A stretch of 64,000 nt of DNA from Alphaproteobacteria bacterium. GTDB taxonomy: Bacteria > Pseudomonadota > Alphaproteobacteria > Rhizobiales > JAKIUO01. Below, one piece after another: positions 10,716 to 23,587 of the stretch (the first letter of the stretch is position 1; each line of letters starts with the position of its first letter). The notes under the pieces were generated by a model. The model did not search any database. It was not told the DNA's origin and worked only from the letters and a program-made list of their open reading frames with translations. The stretch covers positions 29 through 64,028 of the forward strand of contig JAJRRW010000008.1 in assembly GCA_024279115.1 (NCBI GenBank), read 5' to 3'. The translations under genes and the position numbers were made by a program.

Positions 10716-11402
10716 CTCCTGTTTTCACCCATTCATGCCAATACTGTTTCTGACACAACGCTAATTCGTTGCGTCCTGTGCAATGGTGTCTTTTGCACCT
10801 ATGGCAGTCGGGGCGCGCCTGCTGCCCACTATGGCAGCGATTCCTTATTTCAGAAAAATATGATGTGGTTTCAAAAGAAAATGGTGTGAAAAATACGAAA
10901 CCGATCCCCTCATATCCATTCGGCAGCGGGGTAAATCCGAACCAGGATAGTCAGAAATCGGTTTCATGAGCCTCTAAATCAGGCCCATATAGAGTTAAAC
11001 ATCTATTCAGTGTATTTGAGGAGGCCACTCACACTAAATAAACTTAACTCAAACATCCCAAGTCCCAGGAGATGCGGCGGACCTGTTAATAGACATGGGA
11101 ATTCGAAAAACTCTATGTGTAGCTACTAAAGGTCAATTTCATACCCATTGTCAAGAGCAACGAATCACTGTCAACAAATAAATTTCAGACATCTATTTAT
11201 TTTTCACCGTCCAATCAAGAATTCGACGATATTTTCAATCACTATACTGACAATAGCGAAGTCTATAAAACATCGACCTAAATCGACATTGTAATTTTAA
11301 CAGAGCGTTTGTTAGCAAACAATATTGGGGTCTTACCAAGCTAATTTAGAATAGGTCTCACTCGCAAACTGCTCATGATTACTTATCCACAAATCACAGA
11401 TT

Positions 11403-14237
<2,835 letters not shown>

Positions 14238-14422
14238 ATCGCCTCATGATGCAGTGTTTCATTTTGTCCTGAAAAAACATACTCGCAACTGTCAGTCAAT
14301 TACTATCGCCGAACAAATTACTGACTGGTTTTTTCAAACTCGCGCAACGGACGTAAAAACAGCCACCTCTTATCAGAAGCAGCTGAATTTCAATTCTAAA
14401 TCTATTGATATGTTGGGACGAC

Positions 14423-15559
14423 TTACGTCTTGTCACTGCCAGGAGCGGTGATCTCTTCCTTGATAACGCCCTCAAGAATTCTGGGCATATTGTCGTCAAG
14501 CCATTCACGGATCATCGGCTTAAGCAGAGTTCTGACAATATCTTCAATGCTTGTCCCCGCCGGTTCTTGCGAAGCGGGAGGCGTTGGAGCGGACGCCCTG
14601 GTATCTGTCATCGCCTTTGTGGTTGCCACAGCAACAGCCGTGATGGCGACGGCATCTTCAGGAGTAACCTGACTGGCATCCAGTATCACAGGAGCGCCAT
14701 CAGCAAGGGGTGCTGGTTCACTGACCGGCTCTGGTTCAACGCCAGCCTCCATGCCCTCCAATATCTGATCGGGGTCCACACCATTATTGATCGTATCGCC
14801 TTCAGCAAGATCGCTATTGACGGTCTGCATCATCTCTTCGATCGGGTCATTCCCTTGTGCCAAAGGGGCCGGTGTGGGTGTCAGTCCGTCATCGACAGCC
14901 GCAGCCTGCGGGACTTCTGGAGACACAAAAGCGATATCATCTTCAGGCATTGCTGCTGACTGATCGCTCAAAGGGTTTGCCGCTGAACCTTGCGCAGCTG
15001 TTGCCGATAGACCCGGCTCATCAAAAGCCTGAGCAGCCACAGACTGATCTGGTGTTGGCGCTGCATTGACGCTTGGCGCAGATGTCATGTCTGCGCCGGG
15101 CGCAGGGGCTGCCATCATGCCATTGACCTGAGTTGTCTCGAGCGATGTTGCTGGGGCCAAGGGGTCAGATATTTTTAATTCCGGGGAGATTGCTGCAGGT
15201 GGGGCACCTGGCGCGCTGGCGGCATTGGCCACCTCTGGCGTCGCCATAAGGCCGGGCACAGCATCAATTTCTCTGGCAGCCTCCAGATCGGGCGTGGATT
15301 GAAATCCCGCAGCTTCGGCGCTGGCCGCCGAACCGGGGGCCAGCGTCTCTGGCGATACAGATGCGCCATTGGCTTGCTCGTGAGCCGGGTCGGCAATCTG
15401 ATTTTCCGTCAGTTGGACAATGGCGGGTGACGGATTTTCCGCAGCAGGCGCGATTGGCTCGGGCACTGTTTTATTCGTATCATCAGCTATGATATTTCTG
15501 ATCGAGCTGATAATATCATCCATGCTCGGTTCTGGAGCTTTTTTTTCCGCACTATTCAT
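14423..15559 (-). CDS. popZ: PopZ-like pole-organizing protein (DUF2497)
   Basis: The N-terminus EPSMDDIISSIRNIIADD and C-terminus IEDIVRTLLKPMIREWLDDNMPRILEGVIKEEI match the two conserved PopZ modules. They are separated by a long Pro/Ala/acidic low-complexity linker. Neighbours valS, as in other alphaproteobacteria. Confidence 0.75.
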   Translation of the reverse strand: MNSAEKKAPEPSMDDIISSIRNIIADDTNKTVPEPIAPAAENPSPAIVQLTENQIADPAHEQANGASVSPETLAPGSAASAEAAGFQSTPDLEAAREIDAVPGLMATPEVANAASAPGAPPAAISPELKISDPLAPATSLETTQVNGMMAAPAPGADMTSAPSVNAAPTPDQSVAAQAFDEPGLSATAAQGSAANPLSDQSAAMPEDDIAFVSPEVPQAAAVDDGLTPTPAPLAQGNDPIEEMMQTVNSDLAEGDTINNGVDPDQILEGMEAGVEPEPVSEPAPLADGAPVILDASQVTPEDAVAITAVAVATTKAMTDTRASAPTPPASQEPAGTSIEDIVRTLLKPMIREWLDDNMPRILEGVIKEEITAPGSDKT

Positions 15560-15794
15560 CCTGCATTTCCTCGATTATTCCCACCTGAACTAAGCAATTA
15601 ACCCGCAATTGTGGCTAGCTCATGGGCAAAACACCTAATTGTTTGTAGGTTTAAATATTGCCACAGGTCGCGAGTGAAAGCCAGTGATGAGTGAACCATC
15701 AACAGATAAAATTGATGATATTAATCAGAGCAAATTTCAGTGCTGCTCTGGCCTCCCACAAGGGGAAGCCAATAAACAAACCGGGTTTCAAGTG

Positions 15795-17231
15795 CTATTT
15801 GTAAGTGGAGGGGAAATAGCGATCATTTACGATGGCTCGGTTTTCCTGCTCATCATCATATTCATCAACCCGTGTGCCAATCCATTTGCGCTCCACGTGC
15901 TCATAGTGTGCCGCCGATTGATAGCGCCTGACTTTTAGCCCCAGTTCGACAGCCGACAAACGCCCCGTTGCTGCCAGCAACCGAAATCTGGCCACAACCA
16001 GATCCCGCTGGGTCACCGCAAGCGAGACCTGCGCATTGAGATATTCCTGCTGCGCATCCAGAACATCAAGAACCGTGCGCTGGCCAACTTTTTCCTCCTC
16101 TTCCACCCCATCTAGTGCGATTTTGGTGGCGCTGACCTGAGCGCGATCAGCACTCAATTTGGCAACAATGGAAGACACCTGTCCCCAACTGGAAATGACA
16201 TCAGCCCTTACTCTTCGCTTGACGGCCTGCAGTTCTTGACGTCGCTGCAAGACCGTCTGCTTTGCCTGTCTGACGCGGGCCGAAATCTCGCCCCCCGCAT
16301 AGAATGGCATCTTGAATGTGCCTTTTACAATACCTGTTCTTTGCTGATCAATGCCATCGGCTGGGTGATAGCGCCGGGTCCAGCTGCCCTCCAGATTGAT
16401 CTCTGGCAAGAACTCCCCCCTGATAACGTGAATAGAGTGAGTGGCCGAGATTTCACGATAGGTTGCCCCCAAAATGGACGGGTGTTCGTGCATGCCTCGT
16501 TTCAAAGATCCAGTTAAAGACCGTGGCAAATATTTGACGATGCCCCCTGGGCTCTTCAAACCATTCGGTCTGCGACCAATAATTTGCTCATAAACGGCTC
16601 TTCTGGTCTTCAGATTGGCGCGGGCCAGATTGAGATCAGAGACCGCGCCGCTGTAACGGGCATTGGCCTGGGCCACATCGGTTTTGGTCACTTCACCAAC
16701 CGTGAAGCGATCATTTGTGGCTCTTTTCTGCTCTGCGATGACACTGACATTGTTGCGGCGCAAGCGAACAATCGCCCGATCACGAATAACATCAACATAG
16801 GCAGTTACCGCATCCAGAAAAACATTTTGCTCAACGGAGCGCAGGTCTTCTCGACCAGCATAAATACTGGCATCTGCTCTGCGTATGGAATTGATAGTGC
16901 GCAGCCCGCGAAAGAGTGGTTGCACCAGACTGACTGTGTAACCACCGTGACGGCGTTGACCATCTGTGGCGAGCGGTGGACGGGTTTTGACGTTCTGGCT
17001 GGTAATATCGGCATTGAAATTGACCTTGGGGCGGTAACCAGACCGCGCCCTGGGGTTTTCTTCATCAAGCGCCCGCAATTTTGCGCGCTCGGCATTGATG
17101 GTTGGATTGCCAAGATAGGTGCTCGACAAAATGGTTTTCAGCGTTTCCGCTCTGGCGCTGTTTGGTGCGAGGCAGAAAAGGCCTGCAAACAAGGTAGCAC
17201 TCAATAATTCTTTAGTTCGAAAGTTCCACAT
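15795..17231 (-). CDS. tolC: TolC-family outer membrane efflux protein
   Basis: Signal peptide MWNFRTKELLSATLFAGLFCLAPNSARA, followed by two TolC-type repeat halves. The ORF-track N-terminal extension was trimmed to ATG 17231. Confidence 0.8.
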   Translation of the reverse strand: MWNFRTKELLSATLFAGLFCLAPNSARAETLKTILSSTYLGNPTINAERAKLRALDEENPRARSGYRPKVNFNADITSQNVKTRPPLATDGQRRHGGYTVSLVQPLFRGLRTINSIRRADASIYAGREDLRSVEQNVFLDAVTAYVDVIRDRAIVRLRRNNVSVIAEQKRATNDRFTVGEVTKTDVAQANARYSGAVSDLNLARANLKTRRAVYEQIIGRRPNGLKSPGGIVKYLPRSLTGSLKRGMHEHPSILGATYREISATHSIHVIRGEFLPEINLEGSWTRRYHPADGIDQQRTGIVKGTFKMPFYAGGEISARVRQAKQTVLQRRQELQAVKRRVRADVISSWGQVSSIVAKLSADRAQVSATKIALDGVEEEEKVGQRTVLDVLDAQQEYLNAQVSLAVTQRDLVVARFRLLAATGRLSAVELGLKVRRYQSAAHYEHVERKWIGTRVDEYDDEQENRAIVNDRYFPSTYK

Positions 17232-17391
17232 GACCCAGCCTCTTTCGCCGCTATTGTTATTCATCACATCGAGCGCAACCAAGGTGCACCAACAACTGAA
17301 CAAAACAACTACTGAACGAAACAGACCGGCAATGCCGATACACAATTTTCACCTCAAATGAATGGGGTGAGTGGAATATACTTTACGGAAA

Positions 17392-17406
17392 TTAAAACTG
17401 ATTTAA
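17392..17406. promoter_or_regulatory. candidate CtrA box (TTAA-N7-TTAA)
   Basis: Perfect TTAAaactgatTTAA in the pcm-tolC spacer, about 160 nt upstream of the tolC start. About one such match is expected by chance per window. Confidence 0.2.
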
Positions 17407-17422
17407 CGCTTGGCTTGATTAA

Positions 17423-18097
17423 TCAGAAAACAAAAGACTGGTCTCGTTTAAAACCAGGTAACGGTTGGGCAGAGGCGTCAAATGAAATGCGGTTTTCGCC
17501 TATACTATCACCGATTTTACGGTACAAATGCGCCTTGCCGACGCCCCCCTTGGTCAATTGTACAGCAACCAACCGGCCATTATCCTGCAATTGATCAAAC
17601 AGGCTTTGGGGAATCAATTCAACACTACCGTTGAACATAATTACATCATAGGGGGCTTCTTTAGAATAGCCTTCTTCCAAACGACCACTCACTGTTGCCA
17701 CATTATCACAGTCAAGCTCCTCAAGCCGCAGGGCCGCTGCTTCTCCCAGACGATCATCGCGCTCCAGACAGATAACGCTGCTGGCAAGACTTGCCAGTAG
17801 CGCGGCAAGATAGCCCGAGGTGCAGCCGATGATCAACACCATATCCTTGTCGTCAATGCGTGCCAGCTGGGCAAGGCGGGCAATTGTCATGGGCGACATC
17901 ATATAGCGATCCGTGCCGTCTTGATCACGGTCAACAAGGATGTCTTGATCCATATAGGCAAGACCCTGTTTACTATCGGGGACAAATTTTTCGCGCGGAA
18001 TATCCATCATCGCCGCCAATATACGGTGGTCAGTCACCTGATTGGGCCGCAACTGACTATCAACCATATTGGTTCTCTGGATCTGATACTCGCTCAT
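17423..18097 (-). CDS. pcm: protein-L-isoaspartate O-methyltransferase
   Basis: SAM-methyltransferase fold (VLIIGCTSGYLAALLA). The pcm-tolC pairing is typical of Rhizobiales. Start trimmed to MSEYQIQRTNMVDSQLRPN. Confidence 0.8.
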   Translation of the reverse strand: MSEYQIQRTNMVDSQLRPNQVTDHRILAAMMDIPREKFVPDSKQGLAYMDQDILVDRDQDGTDRYMMSPMTIARLAQLARIDDKDMVLIIGCTSGYLAALLASLASSVICLERDDRLGEAAALRLEELDCDNVATVSGRLEEGYSKEAPYDVIMFNGSVELIPQSLFDQLQDNGRLVAVQLTKGGVGKAHLYRKIGDSIGENRISFDASAQPLPGFKRDQSFVF

Positions 18098-18370
18098 TAT
18101 TTCCCCTTGGATTAAGACACTCACTTCAGGACGTTCAGACCCCTTCAAGCCGCGCAGATCTGATCGCATCGGCTGTTTGGGACACCCATCCAGCTATTTA
18201 AAAATACTTCAGAACGCCCGGGCACCCTCTGGCAATCCCTGCGTATCGGCCGGATAAATTTATCGTGACAGCCCCTTCCCAAATCGTGGGCAAGCAGGGC
18301 GTGGCCAAGCAAAGCGTCCCGCATCTCTGGACAGACGGTTTTTGCCATATGCGGCCAGTTGAACCAGATG

Positions 18371-19209
18371 TCAGCCCTTCATAACGCGGTCGATTTGTTG
18401 CCATTGCGCTAGCAAGTCCTCCAGTTTCGACAGATGCACCATATTGGGGCCATCGGAGGGAGCATTGTCAGGATCTTCATGGGTCTCGACAAACAAGGCG
18501 GCAACGCCCACGGCCAAAGCGGCGCGTGCCAGCACAGGAACAAATTCTCGTTGCCCGCCGCTGGTTTCGCCCTGACCACCTGGTTGTTGCACACTATGGG
18601 TCGCATCAAACACCACCGGACAGCCGGTTTGCGCCAGAATAGGCAAAGAACGCATGTCAGAGACCAATGTATTATAGCCAAAGCTGGCACCACGCTCGGT
18701 TACAAGTACGCGGCTATTGCCTGCGGCAAGAACTTTGCCAACGACGTTTTTCATATCCCACGGGGCCAAAAATTGCCCCTTTTTGATCTTGATGACTGCT
18801 CCGGTTTGGCCGCCGCAACCAGCAGATCGGTCTGTCGGCACAAAAAGGCGGGGATCTGCAACACGTCAACCACTTCGGCAGCCGGGGCGCAGTGCGCCGC
18901 TTCATGCACATCCGTGACAATCGCCAAACCGTATTTTTCCCTGATCTCGGCAAAAACCGGCAAAGTGCCCTCAAAACCAAGGCCACGCTGGCTGCCAATA
19001 CTGGTGCGATTGGCCTTGTCAAAACTGGCCTTGAAGATCAGCCCGATCCCCAGGCGGTCGCAGATTTCCTTCAAGCCATGGTCCATTTCCAACCCATGGT
19101 CGCGGCTTTCCATCTGACAGGGCCCCGCGAACAAAGCAAAGGGGGCCGCATTGGAAATATTCACATCACCAATCGTGACGACGTCATCTGGCTTTTGTTC
19201 TTGTGTCAT
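18371..19209 (-). pseudogene. kdsA: 3-deoxy-8-phosphooctulonate synthase; frame interrupted by a 1-nt deficit in an A run (plus-strand TTT 18805-18807)
   Basis: The N-terminal ORF ends ...[18 protein letters not shown] then drifts. The second ORF carries [18 protein letters not shown]...[12 protein letters not shown]... in another frame. 839 nt is one short of 840 (279 codons plus stop). Confidence 0.9.
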
Positions 19210-19634
19210 TCTTTCACCCTGTCTCGTTCATCGCAGCCATAACGCTCTTGCAATGATTTCATTATACCGATGCCGGCCACTTTGTTTTTCTGCCTCGGAT
19301 TAGCTGCCACCCAGCGCACAAAATTTCTGACCAGCCATTTTGTCGTTTGTTTGTTCTTTGGCAGACAATAAGGCCCAAATGTATCGTTCAATATATTGGC
19401 GCCCGTTTTACCATAATGGAACGCTGCAATAAAACTTGTACATTTGACAACATCAACCGCCTGCCCCTTTGACAGCTTTCCCGGACGCGCCTTTGTACTC
19501 AATTTAAGATAGGAACGGCAATGCTTGTCGAGCTGACCAACCGTGAAGCTTTGTGCCTGCCCCGGCTGCCAGGAAACAATCAGTGCCAATACAACAAAGC
19601 CTAGAGTGTACAGCAATGTTTTGCCCTGGCTCAT
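19206..19634 (-). CDS. small secreted/periplasmic protein, Rap1a/Tai-like cysteine pattern (function unknown)
   Basis: Signal-anchor N-terminus. C...C..F..G...CxP...T...V...V..NP...YGC pattern. Its start lies 3 nt after the pyrG stop and its stop overlaps the kdsA ATG (ATGA). Confidence 0.5.
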   Translation of the reverse strand: MSQGKTLLYTLGFVVLALIVSWQPGQAQSFTVGQLDKHCRSYLKLSTKARPGKLSKGQAVDVVKCTSFIAAFHYGKTGANILNDTFGPYCLPKNKQTTKWLVRNFVRWVAANPRQKNKVAGIGIMKSLQERYGCDERDRVKE

Positions 19635-19637
19635 CTG

Positions 19638-21314
<1,677 letters not shown>

Positions 21315-21331
21315 TCAGTTTAACGAATTTT

Positions 21332-21405
21332 TCTGTTGAAGACGCGCAAACACGGGCCTTTTAGCACCTGCCAAAGCCGATCATCAGGCGCGCCTTTTCA
21401 ACAGA
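21332..21405. repeat. long imperfect inverted repeat in the secG-pyrG spacer
   Basis: TCTGTTGAA (21332-21340) pairs with TTCAACAGA (21397-21405). The stem extends inward through CGCGC/GCGCG. Loop is about 40 nt. Confidence 0.5.
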
Positions 21406-21421
21406 TCGCCAATGATATGGT

Positions 21422-21799
21422 CTAATTGGATTTGGGAACGCTTGGTGTGCTTGGTTTTTCAGGAACAATCAAGCTCGAAGCGGGAGGAGCTGGCACCGCT
21501 GGCTTGCTACCATTGGTCTGAACAGGTCCTGTCGGCGACAAGGTATCAAGGATCGAGGCGGGGTTTCTGTCGCTCTTGGCGAGAATGGCCAACGTGATGC
21601 TGGTGGCAAAAAACACCGCCGCCAGATAGGCTGTACTGCGGGTCAGCAGATTCGCAGCGCTGCGTCCTGACATCATGCCGCCGCCAGCGCCACCACCACC
21701 GCCCATGCCAAGTGCCCCGCCTTCAGAGCGTTGCAGCAATATCATGACAATCAAAGCCACAGCGATCATCAGGTGAATTACGAGCAAAACAGTTGCCAT
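21422..21799 (-). CDS. secG: preprotein translocase subunit SecG
   Basis: MATVLLVIHLMIAVALIVMILLQRSEGGALG..., Gly-rich loop, second TM helix, Pro/Ser-rich tail. Confidence 0.85.
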   Translation of the reverse strand: MATVLLVIHLMIAVALIVMILLQRSEGGALGMGGGGGAGGGMMSGRSAANLLTRSTAYLAAVFFATSITLAILAKSDRNPASILDTLSPTGPVQTNGSKPAVPAPPASSLIVPEKPSTPSVPKSN

Positions 21800-21979
21800 G
21801 ATAATGTTTCCATCCCTCAAGGACTTCAAAACAAAAGTCGATATCGGGTTTTTCAATGAATGGCGGCAATAAATAGCACGCCAAAAGTTAAGATTGCCAA
21901 CAAACAATCACAAGAAGAACCACTTTTACAGCGGCCCGCTTAAATTCGTCAATAACATTCGCAAAAAAGCCGATAAAAC

Positions 21980-22498
21980 TCATTTTTGCGCAGGCCTGCT
22001 ACGCACGGTGCTGGTGCCGCCTTTTGATGCCCCGGTCTTTGTATCCGTGCTCGCCGACAGAACTGATTTTTCCTCTGGCGACATCTCGGGACCAATTTTG
22101 GCAGAAGCAGCCGCAGCAGTTGATGCCCGTTTGGCCTTGTCAGCTTTGTCCTTTCGAACTCTGCGAGAATTACGTGCGGGGAGCGGAATATTGACATTGA
22201 GAGCAGGTTGTTTCTGTTTGCCGATCGTGGATTTGCCACAGCGAAACCTGATCTCTTCTCCCAGTTTTAAAAAGGCTCCGACTTCCCCCAACTGCGCCGC
22301 GTTAAGGTTTTCAGCCGCCCACTTGGCACCTTTGGTAACGGTTGCCCCCACACCTCTCCCCTCCAGCTCTTGTCGTAATTGACGCAAGCCGGTGCATTGT
22401 TCTGGTGTAAAGGGCGCTGCCGACGCGATTGGCACAAGCGGGCTGACCGGCAACAACAGCCCCGCCAACAGGAGAACGGCACAAAAACGAATATGCAA
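21980..22498 (-). CDS. hypothetical secreted protein
   Basis: TTG start 6 nt after AAGGAG. Signal peptide (M)HIRFCAVLLLAGLLLPVSPLVPIASA. Basic Lys/Ser/Ala-rich C-terminus. No family recognised. Confidence 0.5.
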   Translation of the reverse strand: MHIRFCAVLLLAGLLLPVSPLVPIASAAPFTPEQCTGLRQLRQELEGRGVGATVTKGAKWAAENLNAAQLGEVGAFLKLGEEIRFRCGKSTIGKQKQPALNVNIPLPARNSRRVRKDKADKAKRASTAAAASAKIGPEMSPEEKSVLSASTDTKTGASKGGTSTVRSRPAQK

Positions 22499-22541
22499 GC
22501 TATTCTCCTTGAGGTTGATGTTGAGGGTTCTCAATCGCTGA

Positions 22542-23303
22542 CTAACTCTTATAGCTGTTGATAATACCCAGAAAATCGTCCGCTTTGAGGCTGGCTCCCC
22601 CGACAAGGGCTCCATCGACATTTTCAACAGACATCAGTTCCTTGGCATTGGAGGCTTTCACCGATCCGCCATAGAGCAATTTCATGCCGCCACCATTTTC
22701 GGCCCCAAATCGTTCAACCAGGACTTTCCTGATATCATCATGAACCTTGGTCACATCTTCAACCGTTGGTGTGAGGCCGGTACCGATTGCCCATACAGGC
22801 TCATAGGCGATGACGGTGTTTTGGGCGGTGGCACCATCTGGTATGGCGTTTTTCAGTTGCCGGCGCACGACATCAAGGGTGAGACCATATTGGCGCTGCC
22901 CAGCGGTTTCTCCAACGCAGATAATGGCAACCAGTCCAGAGCGCCAGGTGGCCTGGGCTTTTTCGCGCACAAGCGCATCGCTCTCGGCATGATCGGCGCG
23001 CCGTTCGGAATGACCGACAATAATCGCCGTGGCCCCGCAATCGGCGAACATTTCAGCTGAAATATCGCCGGTGTTTGCGCCTGAAACGAGGGGATGACAA
23101 TCTTCAGCACCGATTTGCACAATACTGTCTTTCATCAACTCACAAAAAGCCAGCACCAGAGTGGCGGGGGGGCAGATCATCACATCGACACCGTCGACGG
23201 GCGCGCTTTTCAAGCTCTCAGAGAGCTTCACCAGCTCGCTGGCATTTTCTCTTAGGCCATTCATTTTCCAGTTGCCAGCAACCAATGGTGTATTTTTTGA
23301 CAT
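22542..23303 (-). CDS. tpiA: triose-phosphate isomerase
   Basis: [28 protein letters not shown] and LYGGSV motifs. Confidence 0.95.
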   Translation of the reverse strand: MSKNTPLVAGNWKMNGLRENASELVKLSESLKSAPVDGVDVMICPPATLVLAFCELMKDSIVQIGAEDCHPLVSGANTGDISAEMFADCGATAIIVGHSERRADHAESDALVREKAQATWRSGLVAIICVGETAGQRQYGLTLDVVRRQLKNAIPDGATAQNTVIAYEPVWAIGTGLTPTVEDVTKVHDDIRKVLVERFGAENGGGMKLLYGGSVKASNAKELMSVENVDGALVGGASLKADDFLGIINSYKS

Positions 23304-23587
23304 TTATGTCTCCCGATTTATCCAAGTCTTGGCCCAAAATGGCCCCTTCATTGTATTCAAAACACGAATCTGCCCATTCGGCACTTGATCCTGTTTCCTC
23401 AAAGCTTTACCTGTTTCTCAACAACACCGTTTAAAATGACCTTCGTCATGCTTCAAATTCTGTCACGTGAGGACAATAATTGTTGTCTTGCCGGAGAGAC
23501 TTGTAGTTCTTATGATGTCATTCACGTCAACCAAATGACCGAAATTGCACAAAAAATCAATGCGGCAAATGAAAACTAGATAGAAAT

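Noticed and set aside
10769-10969. 66-aa plus-strand ORF downstream of rpmG.
   Set aside because: It has a non-ATG start, no ribosome-binding site and an implausible Cys/Trp-rich translation. It lies in AT-rich non-coding DNA.
15795-17345. N-terminal extensions offered by the ORF track for tolC, pcm, pyrG, secG, fabZ, tsf, rpsB, lolD, cdsA, bamA and the 21980-22627 ORF.
   Set aside because: The extensions overlap upstream genes or add non-homologous residues before well-known N-termini (e.g. [10 protein letters not shown] for PyrG, MATITAG for EF-Ts). Internal starts with better context were chosen.
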